A DNA stretch of 63,617 bases, the filler included, from Thraustochytrium aureum (lineage: Eukaryota): the NCBI GenBank assembly GCA_012862495.1. It is 7 parts of 6 records of this genome, joined end to end, with 100 filler letters (N's around TTAATTAATTAA, not from the genome) between each part and the next. Parts side by side here need not be neighbours in the genome. Positions count along the whole stretch, not along the records: positions 26,324 to 37,742 come from BLSG01000250.1; positions 37,843 to 45,262 come from BLSG01000252.1; positions 45,363 to 48,786 come from BLSG01000253.1; 4 more parts are not named here. One strand, written 5' to 3'. Position numbers and translations under genes: made by a program. The notes under the pieces are model-generated. The model did no database searches. It had not been told where the DNA came from and was given only the letters and a program-made list of their open reading frames with translations. Shown here in pieces: positions 35,233 to 46,161 of this stretch (its first letter is position 1; the number at the start of each line of letters is the position of its first letter).

Positions 35233-36807
35233 CTATGTGGCGGTTACCTGCATGACGGGCGTCGGCACGGCTTCGCTGGCCTCGCTCGCCGACGCGGGCT
35301 GCGGGGCCTGACTTGCGCTGCCGCCCTCCTCGACTTGCTGGGCGTCGCTGCCGTCGCTAGCACGGTCAGAACCCGGCTCCACGTCTTCGCTCGGCAGGTG
35401 CGGGTGCGCCAGGTAGACCAGCGCAAAGGTTAACACTAACATGGCCACCGCAGTGCTTCCCACGGCAACGAGTTGATTGGTGCTCCACAGCGACTCGGCA
35501 ATGAGCGCGCCGATGGCACGCCCAATGAAATGGCACTGGAAATTGATCCCCGTGACAGTCGTGCGAAGGTCGGCGTCGACGAACCGGCCCACAACGGCGA
35601 TCTGGGACACCAGAAAGTACTCGCTCGGCGCAAACGCCAGGCTCGCAGACACGAGTCCTGCGGTGAGAGAAATGTGGCTCACTGCGGTAAAACAGGCCAG
35701 AATCACTGCCATCAACGCGCTCGAATAGTAGAGGCCGCGATAGATGCCAAACTTGTCTGCAAATAGGACGACGCTCCCCGAGCCGATGAGCTCGGAGACG
35801 CCGATTGCAACGCTCGCAGCGCCCATCTGCTCCGGGTTGAGGCCGTGCTCTTCAGCGGCCCAGTTTGCAAAGCCTATGAACAGCAGGTTGTTTGCGGCGT
35901 TGAAGCAGAGCGCAGAGCAGTTGAAGAGGAGAGGGCCCGGCGCTACCAGACAGCGCCAGTATCTCGACCTGGCGACCCGCCTCAGGGCACGTCGAGAAGC
36001 AGCAAAACGCCCCGCGGTGCGGTCTCCGCCGTTCTTCGGCGAGAGCGTACCGGCAGACTGCGCCGCGGCCACGTTGGCGCTCACACTCGCGCTCACGCTC
36101 GCGCTCGGCGCGACCTCATCCAGCTCGTCAGGGTCTTGTTCCGCGCCTCGGAAGGAGAAGCGCCCACTTCCGGACCGCGGCGTCGCGGCGATGTCCGGGA
36201 TCTCGATGGCTCCAGCTGGGTCTCGCGCGGCGCTCTTGGCGGCGCGTTCGTCTGGGTAGTCGAGGTAGATCTCCAGAACAAACAAAAACACGAGTCCAGA
36301 GGTGATGCCGAACGGGGCGCGCCATCCTACGTTGTTGTAGGCAACAGCCAGGATTGGGATCAGCACCAGGATCGAGAGCGCCCAGCCCGCTTCCGAGATG
36401 CCGGTGATCCATCCCGCCTTCTCTTGCGCGCTTGTGGCAACGAGCGTGGCCTGTGAAACGATCACATACACTGTGGCGGACAGCTGAAGAGCAACGCGCG
36501 AGCAGATGAGCCCTGCCAGCGTCGGCGGCGCCAGCATCGCTAAAGACGAGACGAAGAAGACGATGTACGACGTCACGCCCACCACCCGGTTGCCAAACTC
36601 GTCGCCAAGCGCGCTTAGGAAACCTCCCGGAATCCCTGCCAGTTCGCCAGCAGCAAGCACGAGTCCCATCTCATCTCGTGTGAGGTTCCAGTCCTCGGTG
36701 AGAAAGTTGATGAACGGGTACAGCATGCGCATCGACCCATACAAAAGGATTTTCGTTGGCAGCGTGCAGAGCATAAACCTCGACGGCCACTGCGTGGGAC
36801 ACCTCAT
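35233..36807 (-). CDS. Major facilitator superfamily transporter
   Basis: About 12 TM helices in two halves; motif-A-like LGDEFGNR and FADKFGIYR; GWRAPF; long central loop. Confidence 0.88.
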   Translation of the reverse strand: MRCPTQWPSRFMLCTLPTKILLYGSMRMLYPFINFLTEDWNLTRDEMGLVLAAGELAGIPGGFLSALGDEFGNRVVGVTSYIVFFVSSLAMLAPPTLAGLICSRVALQLSATVYVIVSQATLVATSAQEKAGWITGISEAGWALSILVLIPILAVAYNNVGWRAPFGITSGLVFLFVLEIYLDYPDERAAKSAARDPAGAIEIPDIAATPRSGSGRFSFRGAEQDPDELDEVAPSASVSASVSANVAAAQSAGTLSPKNGGDRTAGRFAASRRALRRVARSRYWRCLVAPGPLLFNCSALCFNAANNLLFIGFANWAAEEHGLNPEQMGAASVAIGVSELIGSGSVVLFADKFGIYRGLYYSSALMAVILACFTAVSHISLTAGLVSASLAFAPSEYFLVSQIAVVGRFVDADLRTTVTGINFQCHFIGRAIGALIAESLWSTNQLVAVGSTAVAMLVLTFALVYLAHPHLPSEDVEPGSDRASDGSDAQQVEEGGSASQAPQPASASEASEAVPTPVMQVTAT

Positions 36808-37232
36808 GGTTGTTGCTCCCGCTGCAACCTGCCCACCCACCTCACACCGTCAGCACAAACAGCAGTCCAACAGCGTCAGTAGCCACCACGTACACGAACA
36901 CGACCAGGATGCGCCCAGCGATCCCCGCAGCCATACGCACGTGCGCAGAGCCTCGGTCAACCAACCAACCCAGATTCCGCGACTGCCGCCAAAGCCGCTT
37001 CCCGCCGAACGAGCGAACGGCCGACTGCGCCAAGTTTGCCTGGCGAATGCCGCAGAACGCCGACGCGCGCAACGACAGAGCCCGTCCCTCGGAGCTCGCC
37101 GCGGGCCTCAATGCGCCTCTGCCGCGCCGCTCCAACCACCTTTCGCCCGCTCGAGGCTGACACGTTCTGGCATTGCTGCTCTTGATCAACAATCAATGAG
37201 AATTCTGAATCTGTTCTGCTGCCCCATTCGCA

Positions 37233-37544
37233 CGTCACTGGGACCTTATCGTTTCGGAGCAGCCGCCTCAAACCGTGGAGAGCGCTCGTCACTTTGTACG
37301 TAGCGTTTCGCTCGGGACAGTCACGACGCGCTTCTCGTCACCAGAAGTACAGAGTGTCGTAGAATCGATCGCGACATCGCGTCACACAAGCGGCATCGTT
37401 TCGGGATGCAGTCCGGTCTCGGGAAAACCGGAAACGGAAGCGCCCACGTCACATTGGGGGTTTAGTTTCGTGGCCACGGTTCGCGTTACTCGACCGTTCG
37501 GTTCTTGAACAATATTTAACGTGACAAAAGGGGGCTATGTGACG
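37233..37544. promoter_or_regulatory. Second CGTCAC/GTGACG motif cluster, upstream of the MFS gene
   Basis: Six exact copies (37233, 37287, 37336, 37380, 37447, 37539) plus variants. Confidence 0.45.
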
Positions 37545-37742
37545 TGGCGACGTGCTCGCGTCAAAGGGGGAAAAACCACCTGCATGAGCGAGCCGCAGTA
37601 CATGCGCGCAGGCGAGAACGAGGCAGCAGCTGCAGGACGAGAACGAGCAGGCGCCCGCGAACGAGCGGGGACTGCAGCTGTTGGCAGGGCAGCGGCGGGA
37701 ACTGCTCTCCGTCGCTGCGTTTGGCGTGCGCCAGTCTGTGTT

Positions 37743-37842
37743 NNNNNNNNNNNNNNNNNNNNNNNNNNNNNNNNNNNNNNNNNNNNTTAATTAATTAANN
37801 NNNNNNNNNNNNNNNNNNNNNNNNNNNNNNNNNNNNNNNNNN
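37743..37842. other. Artificial contig linker
   Basis: TTAATTAATTAA at 37787-37798 flanked by N44. Confidence 0.97.
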
Positions 37843-38318
37843 TCTGCGTCCTGGCGACCTTGACCGTCTTCCCGTCGGTGACGGCAATGGTCGTGTCGCA
37901 GCACCGCTGCAGCCCAGGGAGCTCGCGGTTTGCTGACGACCTGTTCACGCCTGTCCTGTTCCTGCTCTTCAACCTCGGCGATATGGGCGGCCGGGTGCTC
38001 GCTGGCAAGTGGCAGCCTCTCCGAGCGCGGGGCGTGCTCGGATTCGCGGTGTCGCGAATCCTGCTTGTGCCATTGCTCTGGCTGTGCAACGTTCGCGGTT
38101 CTGCGACGCCAGTTGTGTTTCGCAGCGACGGCTTCCCCGTGTTGTTTGTGTTGGTGCTGGGCCTGTCGAACGGGTTTATCGTCTGCGCCTGCTTCAACGA
38201 CGCCCCGGCGACTTGGCCGACCGAGTGCGCGGTGGAGCGTGGCTCGGCGTCGACGCTGATAGTCTTTGCTCTGGCCTTTGGCTTGCTGGCCGGGAGCGCC
38301 CTGTCCTTTGCCTTTTAG
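37843..38318 (+). CDS. Equilibrative nucleoside transporter (SLC29), C-terminal fragment
   Basis: TLTVFPSV, FLLFNLGDMGGR, SRILLVPLLWLCN, GLSNGF, GLLAGSALSFAF*. Confidence 0.88.
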
Positions 38319-38378
38319 TGGCGGCGCGGCCACTGGCAGGCAGGCCCGGGCCCGGTTGGTAGGCTTGTCGTCGGTTCC

Positions 38379-38464
38379 TTTGGCAACGTGGTCATGCTTT
38401 CTTTGGCAACGTGGTCATGCTTTCTTTGGCAACTTGAACGTGCTTTCTTTGGCAACGTGGTCAT
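38379..38464. repeat. Tandem repeat of about 22-23 nt (CTTTGGCAACGTGGTCATGCTTT), about 4 copies
   Basis: Visible directly; the third copy is diverged (CTTTGGCAACTTGAACGTGCTTT). Confidence 0.85.
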
Positions 38465-38645
38465 TTCATCAGGACGGCGCTTTGGCCCAACCAATCGAGC
38501 CAAGCTGGTCCGGTCCGTCTCCGTATCACGTACGGTGTGGATTGCGGCGCGGAGGATCCGGCACTTGTGCAGGTGCCGTGTCCCGCCTCGGTCCCGACAG
38601 GCCGACTCTTTCTCGTCGGGGTCAGCAATCCAGTCCCACTCTCAC

Positions 38646-38686
38646 TCTGGGCCAGCAGCATGTGCTGCACATGCTGCTGGCCCAGA
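38646..38686. repeat. Perfect 20-bp inverted repeat with 1-nt spacer
   Basis: TCTGGGCCAGCAGCATGTGC-T-GCACATGCTGCTGGCCCAGA. Confidence 0.92.
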
Positions 38687-40595
38687 TACGGACCATGACG
38701 TGTTCCGCTTGGTCCGTGCTCAAACAAGTCGGTTCGGAAAGATAGAGTACGTCAGGAGTTGGCCTTCGTACTCTCCTCGAGCCCCTGATGACATGCAGCG
38801 CGGCGCTCGCGTGCCGAGCGCCGCTGCGCCGCCCTTCGCGATCCACCGAGGCGGCCATGTTCAGCAGTCAGAGGTCAACAAGCTCTTGCAAGTGTCGATC
38901 ATCAGGCAGGATCATGATGTTCAAGTTGGTGAGAGTAGTAGAGTACTTTCAAGATCAAGAGTTGTGAATCCTCCGCGGCTCTGGCTCCTCAGCACGCGCT
39001 CGCTGGCCATCGATTGAAGGTTCTGGCTCGAATGTTCGGGACATTCTTTCCCTCTTTCTTTCTCCCTTCGTTGGAAAGCACTGCAAGCGAATTTGTGCAA
39101 TGTAAACTGCGTTTGTGAAGACACAGTGAAGTCCACTTTTGCTGTGAAGAGCAAGTACAAGCGTATGGCAGAGTACTCGAGTACTTTCACACGCTTGCTC
39201 GCTCGCTCTCTCTCTCTCTCTTGTATTCTTTCTGGAAGGAGTAGGTTTCCCAAACTCGTGCAGGCCTACTGCTCCTGCCCTCAAAAGCAGCCCAAAACGC
39301 AAACGCACGGAGGGCTACGAGGGACGACCACGCCGAACTCGGCGAATTCACGCGTAGCTACGACCTCGAGAGCTATGAAGAAGTATAGTGCCGTTACATC
39401 GCGATGATCNNNNNNNNNNNNNNNNNNNNNNNNNNNNNNNNNNNNNNNNNNNNNNNNNNNNNNNNNNNNNNNNNNNNNNNNNNNNNNNNNNNNNNNNNNN
39501 NNNNNNNNNNNNNNNNNNNNNNNNNNNNNNNNNNNNNNNNNNNNNNNNNNNNNNNNNNNNNNNNNNNNNNNNNNNNNNNNNNNNNNNNNNNNNNNNNNNN
39601 NNNNNNNNNNNNNNNNNNNNNNNNNNNNNNNNNNNNNNNNNNNNNNNNNNNNNNNNNNNNNNNNNNNNNNNNNNNNNNNNNNNAGCTATGAAGAAGTATA
39701 GTGCCGTTACATCGCGATGATCAGGAGGGGTCCCGGAGCGTGCCGTTCAGCGCGACCGGATGTCCGTCCGTCCGCTTGTCAGCACAAGCTCGGCGACAGA
39801 TTGACGGTCGAACGTGTTGAGTGAGGCGCGTCGTGCTGTGAGCCACACGAGCCACACCAACCGCGCTTTTCTTTTCATTCCTTCACGCGTTGTCGCCGGC
39901 CGCCGCTTCCCCCTCTCGACGCGGAGCGGTGATGAGCCGTAGCTGGTGAACAGAGGCAAGCGGCGATGCAGCTGGAGCGTCAAGACCAGAACGCCCCAAC
40001 ATAACCAGCAGCCACCCACTCACGTCTGACTGTGGACTTGGGGCTGATCATGATGAGCAGAGAAGACCGAACGAAATGGCGCAGCAGCGGCAGTGGCTCG
40101 CCGGTTTGCCTCAGCACGCGATCATCTGCCGGCCTCTTGAGCGGGTGCAGGCCTGGACTGCGCGAAAGCCAAGCGAATGCGTAATGGATTCCGCCGCGGA
40201 GTCTGATGTGGCCTTGTGCAACTGCGGCGCAGTCATGACCGAGCCCCTGAAGTTCAGAGAGGCGGAGCGGGAAAACCGGGCTGGCTGCTCCAAAGGGGCA
40301 GGCAGCAGCCCTCCTCCGAGTCGGAGTCGTCCTCATTCATCAGGCCCCTTGCGAGCCGCGCTGCGCTTGCGCTCACAACTACGCATACTTCCTTCCTCCT
40401 CTAGGTGCGACTCGCGAGAGAGGCAGAAACGATTGTCGCGCGTGTAATCGTCGACAGGACAGCAAGCAGCAGCGCCGGCGCAGGCAGCAGACCCGAAACG
40501 AAGCAGGCGAGTGGAACAAGCGCACGCCCGGCCAGATCGAGCAGAAGCCACTGATCGAGCAACAAGGTGCCCGTCTGACGAGCACCCGCGGGAAA

Positions 40596-42407
40596 ATGAA
40601 AGGCGCCGCCGTGTGGGCGGTGCTGGTCGGCTGCCTGGCCACCCTCGTGGCCAAGCCGGCCTCCGGCGAGGTCGTCGCGGAAGGGTTTGATGGCGTCGAG
40701 GTACTCCGCCGCGCCCTGGAGAAGCTAGAGGAAAGCGAGGAGGGCGAGGACGCGCGCCGCGACCTCCGCCGGCGCCGCAAGCGCCAAGCCGTGCTGCCGG
40801 CTGGGTACCAGACGCCCCTCCCCGTGAAGAAGTGCCCCAAGCCCCTCGAGCCCGGTGGCGACCCTGGCTCCGCCGGCACGGAGGACCGGTACTGCGAAAA
40901 ATCGTTCAAGCCCGCCGCGACCTGCGGGTGCACCGAGGTGTGCCACATCTGGGGCGACCCGCACGTCTCGCCGTTCTTCAGCGGCTGTTCGGAGGTGAGC
41001 ATGGGCAAAGTGGGCCGCTACACCCTCTACAAACTGCCGACGACCACGGAGCGCACGGGCATCCACATCGAGGGCGTCGTCAACAAGTTTGGCAAGTGGA
41101 AGTTCATGGACCAGCTGTACGTGAACGACACGGTCGTCATGACCATCGCCGACTGCAATCGCGACTCGAACTTTGTCAAGATGGACCTCATCCCCCTGGT
41201 CGCGGACTCGGGCCACGAGGTCCTCCTCAAGTACCGTGCCAACTGCAACTTTCGCCACAGCGTCCATCTCAACGTCACGATCGAGTTGCGCGACGGCATT
41301 GACGGCGCCGACACGGACGACGTTGGCGATCTCCTCGCCCAGGCCCGCGCCTCGCAGCCCGTTCGCCCGGGCGACCAGAACCAGGTGCCCGACTCGACCA
41401 CCTTTTTCGACGACGACAGCGGGCTCTGCGTCGACCCGCTCAAGTACAACAGGCCGAACGCGAATGGTGCGCCGAATGACAAGGTCAACTACGGCAAGAA
41501 TCCGTTCTGGCTCGCGGGGGAGAAGTGCATCCGCCCGAGCGGCTTGTCTGACGGCCTTGCCTGCTCTTGCAACACGCAGTGCGCTGCCTACGGAGACCCG
41601 CACGTGTACGACTTTTACCGCAAGCAGGCGAGGGGCAACGACTTCCGCGCCACCGTCAACGCCGCTGAGCAGCGCGTCTTTTACAGCCTCAACCCGTACT
41701 ACTCGGCGGTCGTCGGCGTGGACAACTGCGACTACATCACCACGTTCTGGGGCGTCTACCTGAAGGACTCTGTGGACCTGACTGACCCGTCCGTGGACTT
41801 GAACGACCCGGACAACTATCTCATCGCCAAGTACACCGCCGACGAGGTCTGCCAGGACGACGCCGACGTCGTCGACGGGACGCGCAAGAAGATCCGCGCC
41901 CCCGAGAGCGCCGTGAAGGCGGTCGACGACGTCAGCGCAATCAACATGCAGGTCTACGACCAGTCCGTTGATGGGTTCAACGTGGGCAAGTTTGTCAAGT
42001 TCACCGACGGCTCCATCTCTGCTGTGCCCCGCGCGCAGCAGAGCCAGGTCGGAGACTTTATCGTCTCGAGCGGCAAGACGGCCGAGTCCGTCATCTACTC
42101 GGGCGGCGTCACGGCGATCCTCAAGTGCCACATCACCAAGGCCAAGGGCAAGGAGCCGCCGCGCAAGTACTTTAACCTCTGCATCGAGCGCAACGGCGTC
42201 GACGTCGAAACCCCGACCGACGATGCCCGCCGCCGTACGGCGGCGACCCGCGACGACGCGGGCATCCTTTCGCTCAAGACGCTCGAGTCGACCCTTCGTA
42301 GCCACGGCTGGTGCTCGCTCGGGCGCGAGCTCAAGCGCGGCAACTTTGAGAACCGCGCCGCTGGCCAGTTCGACTTGTTCCCGGTTAACCCGGAGGCGCA
42401 GTCCTGA
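40596..42407 (+). CDS. Secreted Cys-rich protein with two VWD-like GDPH modules
   Basis: Signal peptide MKGAAVWAVLVGCLATLVA; polybasic RRRRKR; CHIWGDPH and CAAYGDPH; GLC/GWC at module ends. Confidence 0.78.
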   Translation: MKGAAVWAVLVGCLATLVAKPASGEVVAEGFDGVEVLRRALEKLEESEEGEDARRDLRRRRKRQAVLPAGYQTPLPVKKCPKPLEPGGDPGSAGTEDRYCEKSFKPAATCGCTEVCHIWGDPHVSPFFSGCSEVSMGKVGRYTLYKLPTTTERTGIHIEGVVNKFGKWKFMDQLYVNDTVVMTIADCNRDSNFVKMDLIPLVADSGHEVLLKYRANCNFRHSVHLNVTIELRDGIDGADTDDVGDLLAQARASQPVRPGDQNQVPDSTTFFDDDSGLCVDPLKYNRPNANGAPNDKVNYGKNPFWLAGEKCIRPSGLSDGLACSCNTQCAAYGDPHVYDFYRKQARGNDFRATVNAAEQRVFYSLNPYYSAVVGVDNCDYITTFWGVYLKDSVDLTDPSVDLNDPDNYLIAKYTADEVCQDDADVVDGTRKKIRAPESAVKAVDDVSAINMQVYDQSVDGFNVGKFVKFTDGSISAVPRAQQSQVGDFIVSSGKTAESVIYSGGVTAILKCHITKAKGKEPPRKYFNLCIERNGVDVETPTDDARRRTAATRDDAGILSLKTLESTLRSHGWCSLGRELKRGNFENRAAGQFDLFPVNPEAQS

Positions 42408-43237
42408 AGAGTCGGCACTTTGCCGCCGGCCAGCGCGACCCGCTCCACTTAGGGCCGCGTCGTTGTCGTAGTGAAAAAAGCAAACAAACCAAGTAGATAC
42501 ATCCTGGCACTCCCCGTCGTGCTTGCTGCTGNNNNNNNNNNNNNNNNNNNNNNNNNNNNNNNNNNNNNNNNNNNNNNNNNNNNNNNNNNNNNNNNNNNNN
42601 NNNNNNNNNNNNNNNNNNNNNNNNNNNNNNNNNNNNNNNNNNNNNNNNNNNNNNNNNNNNNNNNNNNNNNNNNNNNNNNNNNNNNNNNNNNNNNNNNNNN
42701 NNNNNNNNNNNNNNNNNNNNNNNNNNNNNNNNNNNNNNNNNNNNNNNNNNNNNNNNNNNNNNNNNNNNNNNNNNNNNNNNNNNNNNNNNNNNNNNNNNNN
42801 NNNNNNNNNNNNNNNNNNNNNNNNNNNNNNNNNNNNNNNNNNNNNNNNNNNNNNNNNNNNNNNNNNNNNNNNNNNNNNNNNNNNNNNNNNNNNNNNNNNN
42901 NNNNNNNNNNNNNNNNNNNNNNNNNNNNNNNNNNNNNNNNNNNNNNNNNNNNNNNNNNNNNNNNNNNNNNNNNNNNNNNNNNNNNNNNNNNNNNNNNNNN
43001 NNNNNNNNNNNNNNNNNNNNNNNNNNNNNNNNNNNNNNNNNNNNNNNNNNNNNNNNNNNNNNNNNNNNNNNNNNNNNNNNNNNNNNNNNNNNNNNNNNNN
43101 NNNNNNNNNNNNNNNNNNNNNNNNNNNNNNNNNNNNNNNNNNNNNNNNNNNNNNNNNNNNNNNNNNNNNNNNNNNNNNNNNNNNNNNNNNNNNNNNNNNN
43201 NNNNNNNNNNNNNNNNNNNNNNNNNNNNNNNNNNNNN

Positions 43238-45262
43238 CTGCAGTGGTTCAGGCTGCTCCGCGGGCGGGCGCGGCTGAACCAAATCGCTCGCATCCTGGTG
43301 GAGCTTGCACCGCAAAAGGTGTTGATCCGCGCGATATCTACGCCAAGTCAATGAAGGAGGAAGCCGCGGCTCGCCTGCTGGGGGGAGGCTCGCCCGCCGA
43401 CGAGGAATCTGCCGGCGCCGCCGCCGGCGGAGACGAGGCCGGCGAGGACGCCAGCAAGAAGAAGAAATCGGGCCCCGTCGCCAGCACGAAAAAGCTGTCC
43501 CGCAAAGAGCAGATCATTGCAACCAACAACGCCAAGAAACAGAAGGAGGCCGCCGCGCGCGACGCGGAGAAACTCCGCACGCTGGGAACGTCCGCGGGAA
43601 CCAACATCAAGCTTCGCACCGAGTCGGGCAAGCTGTTGCTGCTGCTCCAAATCCTCAAGAAGGCGGTGCAAGACAACAACGTGGTGGACACGATCGACAC
43701 CATGTACGAGATCGAGGACGTGGCGAAAGAGGTGGACCCCAAGGACGCCAAAGCCGCCTTCAAGCCGCACGCGGACGTCATCAAGGCCGCCACCGAGATC
43801 CGCAACGACCGCACCCAGCTCGGCGGCCTGAACCTCGTCGACTTTCAGCTAACTTCGATGAGCGACCGCCTGCCGCCGCTCAACCTGCACTCGCTGGCGG
43901 GCAAGTTCAAGCTGGACGACTGGCAGCTGCGCGTGATCCAGCTCATCAACGAGCGCAAGTCGGTGCTGATCACCGCGCCAACCTCGAGCGGCAAGACCGT
44001 GCTCTCCACGTATGTGTGCACTGCTGGCGTCGAGCGCGTGCTCTTCGTCGTCCCGAGCGAGCCCTTGGCCTGGCAGGTGAGCGCCATGCTGCGCGCGCTC
44101 AAGGTAGACATCGCCATCGTCGTGCCCACCCTCAACTACGTCCCGGCCAAATGGGACGTCTGCGTGGGCACCCCCCACGCCCTCGAAAGCTCGCTCACCA
44201 AGCAGATCGGCTTCAACTTTGAGTACGCCGTCTTCGACGAGGTGCACAGCCTCAACAACGACGACGGCGCGGCGCTGCAGCGCCTCATCCGCGCGATCCC
44301 GGCCTCCTGCCAAGGTGCTCGCCCTCTCCGCCACCATCGGCAACGCCACAGAGCTCATCAAGTGGTGGGAGAGCATTGTCGGCGAGGGCGAGATCGAGCT
44401 CGTCGACCACAAGTCGCGCTTCATCAACTTGCAGCGCTTCATCTGGACGGGGACGGCCCTCACGCTCACCGAGGCCGAGAAGGCGGCCGCCAAAGCGGCC
44501 AAGGCGACCGGCCGCCGCACCGACGAAGACGATACCACCTCCTCTGGCCTGGTCATGCTGCACCCGTGCGCCTCGCTCACGGTAGAATACCTCACCAGCG
44601 AGGCGTACGCCTCGTCCGACATCGCCTTCACCCCTGTCGACGCCTACAACCTGTTCAAGTCCATGGACGCGCTCGTCACCAATTGCTCGGTTGACGTGAG
44701 CGACCTCAAGCCCAAAAAGTTCTTTGCCGCGAACGGGACGAACCGCATCACGCTCATGCAGGCCAAAGAGTACGAGGACGAGCTGAAGAAGCGCCTCGTC
44801 GAAATCGCGCACAAGGAGCCGGAGTTGTGCGCCCTGCTGCTCGCCTCGCTCGTGCCTGGCGCAGACTTGAAGAAGATCAAGAAAGCGCGCAAGCCGGTGC
44901 TCGAAAAGTCCGCCGAGGAGCGCAAGGCCTTTGACGTCCAGGCGGCGGCTCTGGAAACCGCCTCCGTCGAGAAGGCGCTCTCCGACTCTGCTCACTCTAC
45001 CTCCAAGGAGTCGCTCGCCAACCTGTGCTTTGAGCTGCACGAGTCGGAGCGCCTGCCAGGCATTTGCTTTCAGCTCGACTCTGTGCGCTGCCAGGGCATG
45101 TTTGACGGCCTTCTGCGCGAGCTCGAGGAGCGCGAGCTCAGCGAGCACCCGGACTACCGCATCAACCTCGAGCGCCGAGCAAAGGGGCTCGAGAAGCTCA
45201 GGGAGAAGGCCGCCAAGCGCGGTTCCAAGGCCAAGAACGACGACGACGCCGCCGCCGAGGCG
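43238..45262 (+). CDS. DDX60-like Ski2-family RNA helicase, internal fragment; frameshift near 44310
   Basis: FQLTSMSDRLP, LDDWQ, APTSSGKT, VFDEVH, LALSATIGN, RFINLQRF, LHPCASL. Confidence 0.85.
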
Positions 45263-45362
45263 NNNNNNNNNNNNNNNNNNNNNNNNNNNNNNNNNNNNNN
45301 NNNNNNTTAATTAATTAANNNNNNNNNNNNNNNNNNNNNNNNNNNNNNNNNNNNNNNNNNNN
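45263..45362. other. Artificial contig linker
   Basis: TTAATTAATTAA at 45307-45318. Confidence 0.97.
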
Positions 45363-46161
45363 CACGCGACCTGCAAACTCAACCGGCGAGACCAAGCTCG
45401 TGTCGACTTGCACCCGGTCTTGCGGAAAGCACGCGTCCTGAAACTCTGCCCAGTCCCTGAGGGCATCATACACCACGCACCTTCCAGCCCGCGTCGCGCG
45501 CGTCCCGCGCAGCCCAGTCAGCGCGCCTTGCACCACACGCCGCAGGCAGCAGCGGGCCGCCGGGTCCAAGGTTCAAAATCACCACGACGACCAGACCCGT
45601 GAGGACGCGGCAAAAGCCAGTGCGCGGCGCCAGAATGCAAGAATGCACCTACCTGACCAGCACGCGAACGGCCTTCAACGCGTTCGCCGCGTCGACCGCC
45701 TCGCGGACCAGCACCACGCGGCCGCTCTCCACCTGCGCAAAGCTCATCGCCCTTCCTCGTCCGAATCTGTTCTGGTTGTGCTCCTCAAACTCGCTCATGC
45801 ACGCATCTTGCGGTTGGAGGCAACCCGCGCACACCCACGCCGTCCCACCCCAGGCCGTAGTCACCATACACCCCTAGATGACGTGAAATTACAACCTTCG
45901 GGAGACATAGCGGGACCCTTCGGTGACGTGGCGGGATTGCGTTCTCGAAGCCTCGGTGCGGTCTGGCCAAGACCCGACGACGGCGAATCCTGGTCAATGG
46001 GGCGACACGGAGAATGACGATGGCTGGTGTGGCGATGCCAGTTGCAGACCCCGAACACGACCAGCGGAATCTGCAGCACAAGAAGCGTCAGACAGTCAGG
46101 AGCGAGCAGGAGAGAAGCAAGTAGTTGCCTTCCTACCGGACGGAGAAAGACAGACAGCAAG

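Noticed and set aside
38379..38464. 22-23-nt repeats as a CRISPR array
   Set aside because: Units are head-to-tail with no unique spacers, there are no cas genes, and the context is eukaryotic.
38388..39407. ORFs 38388-39017 and 39093-39407
   Set aside because: They run through tandem repeats, the palindrome and (CT)n; no protein motifs.
40725..42305. 526-aa antisense ORF opposite the VWD-like gene (likewise 5952+, 57175+, 43849-, 24018-24660+)
   Set aside because: Shadow ORFs caused by the high-GC3 codon bias of the real gene on the other strand.
45363..45798. Possible spliced minus-strand gene (MSEFEEHNQ...VRVLVR, GTAGGT donor near 45652, then CVVYDALRDW...)
   Set aside because: Plausible but short, truncated by a linker and with no recognisable homology.
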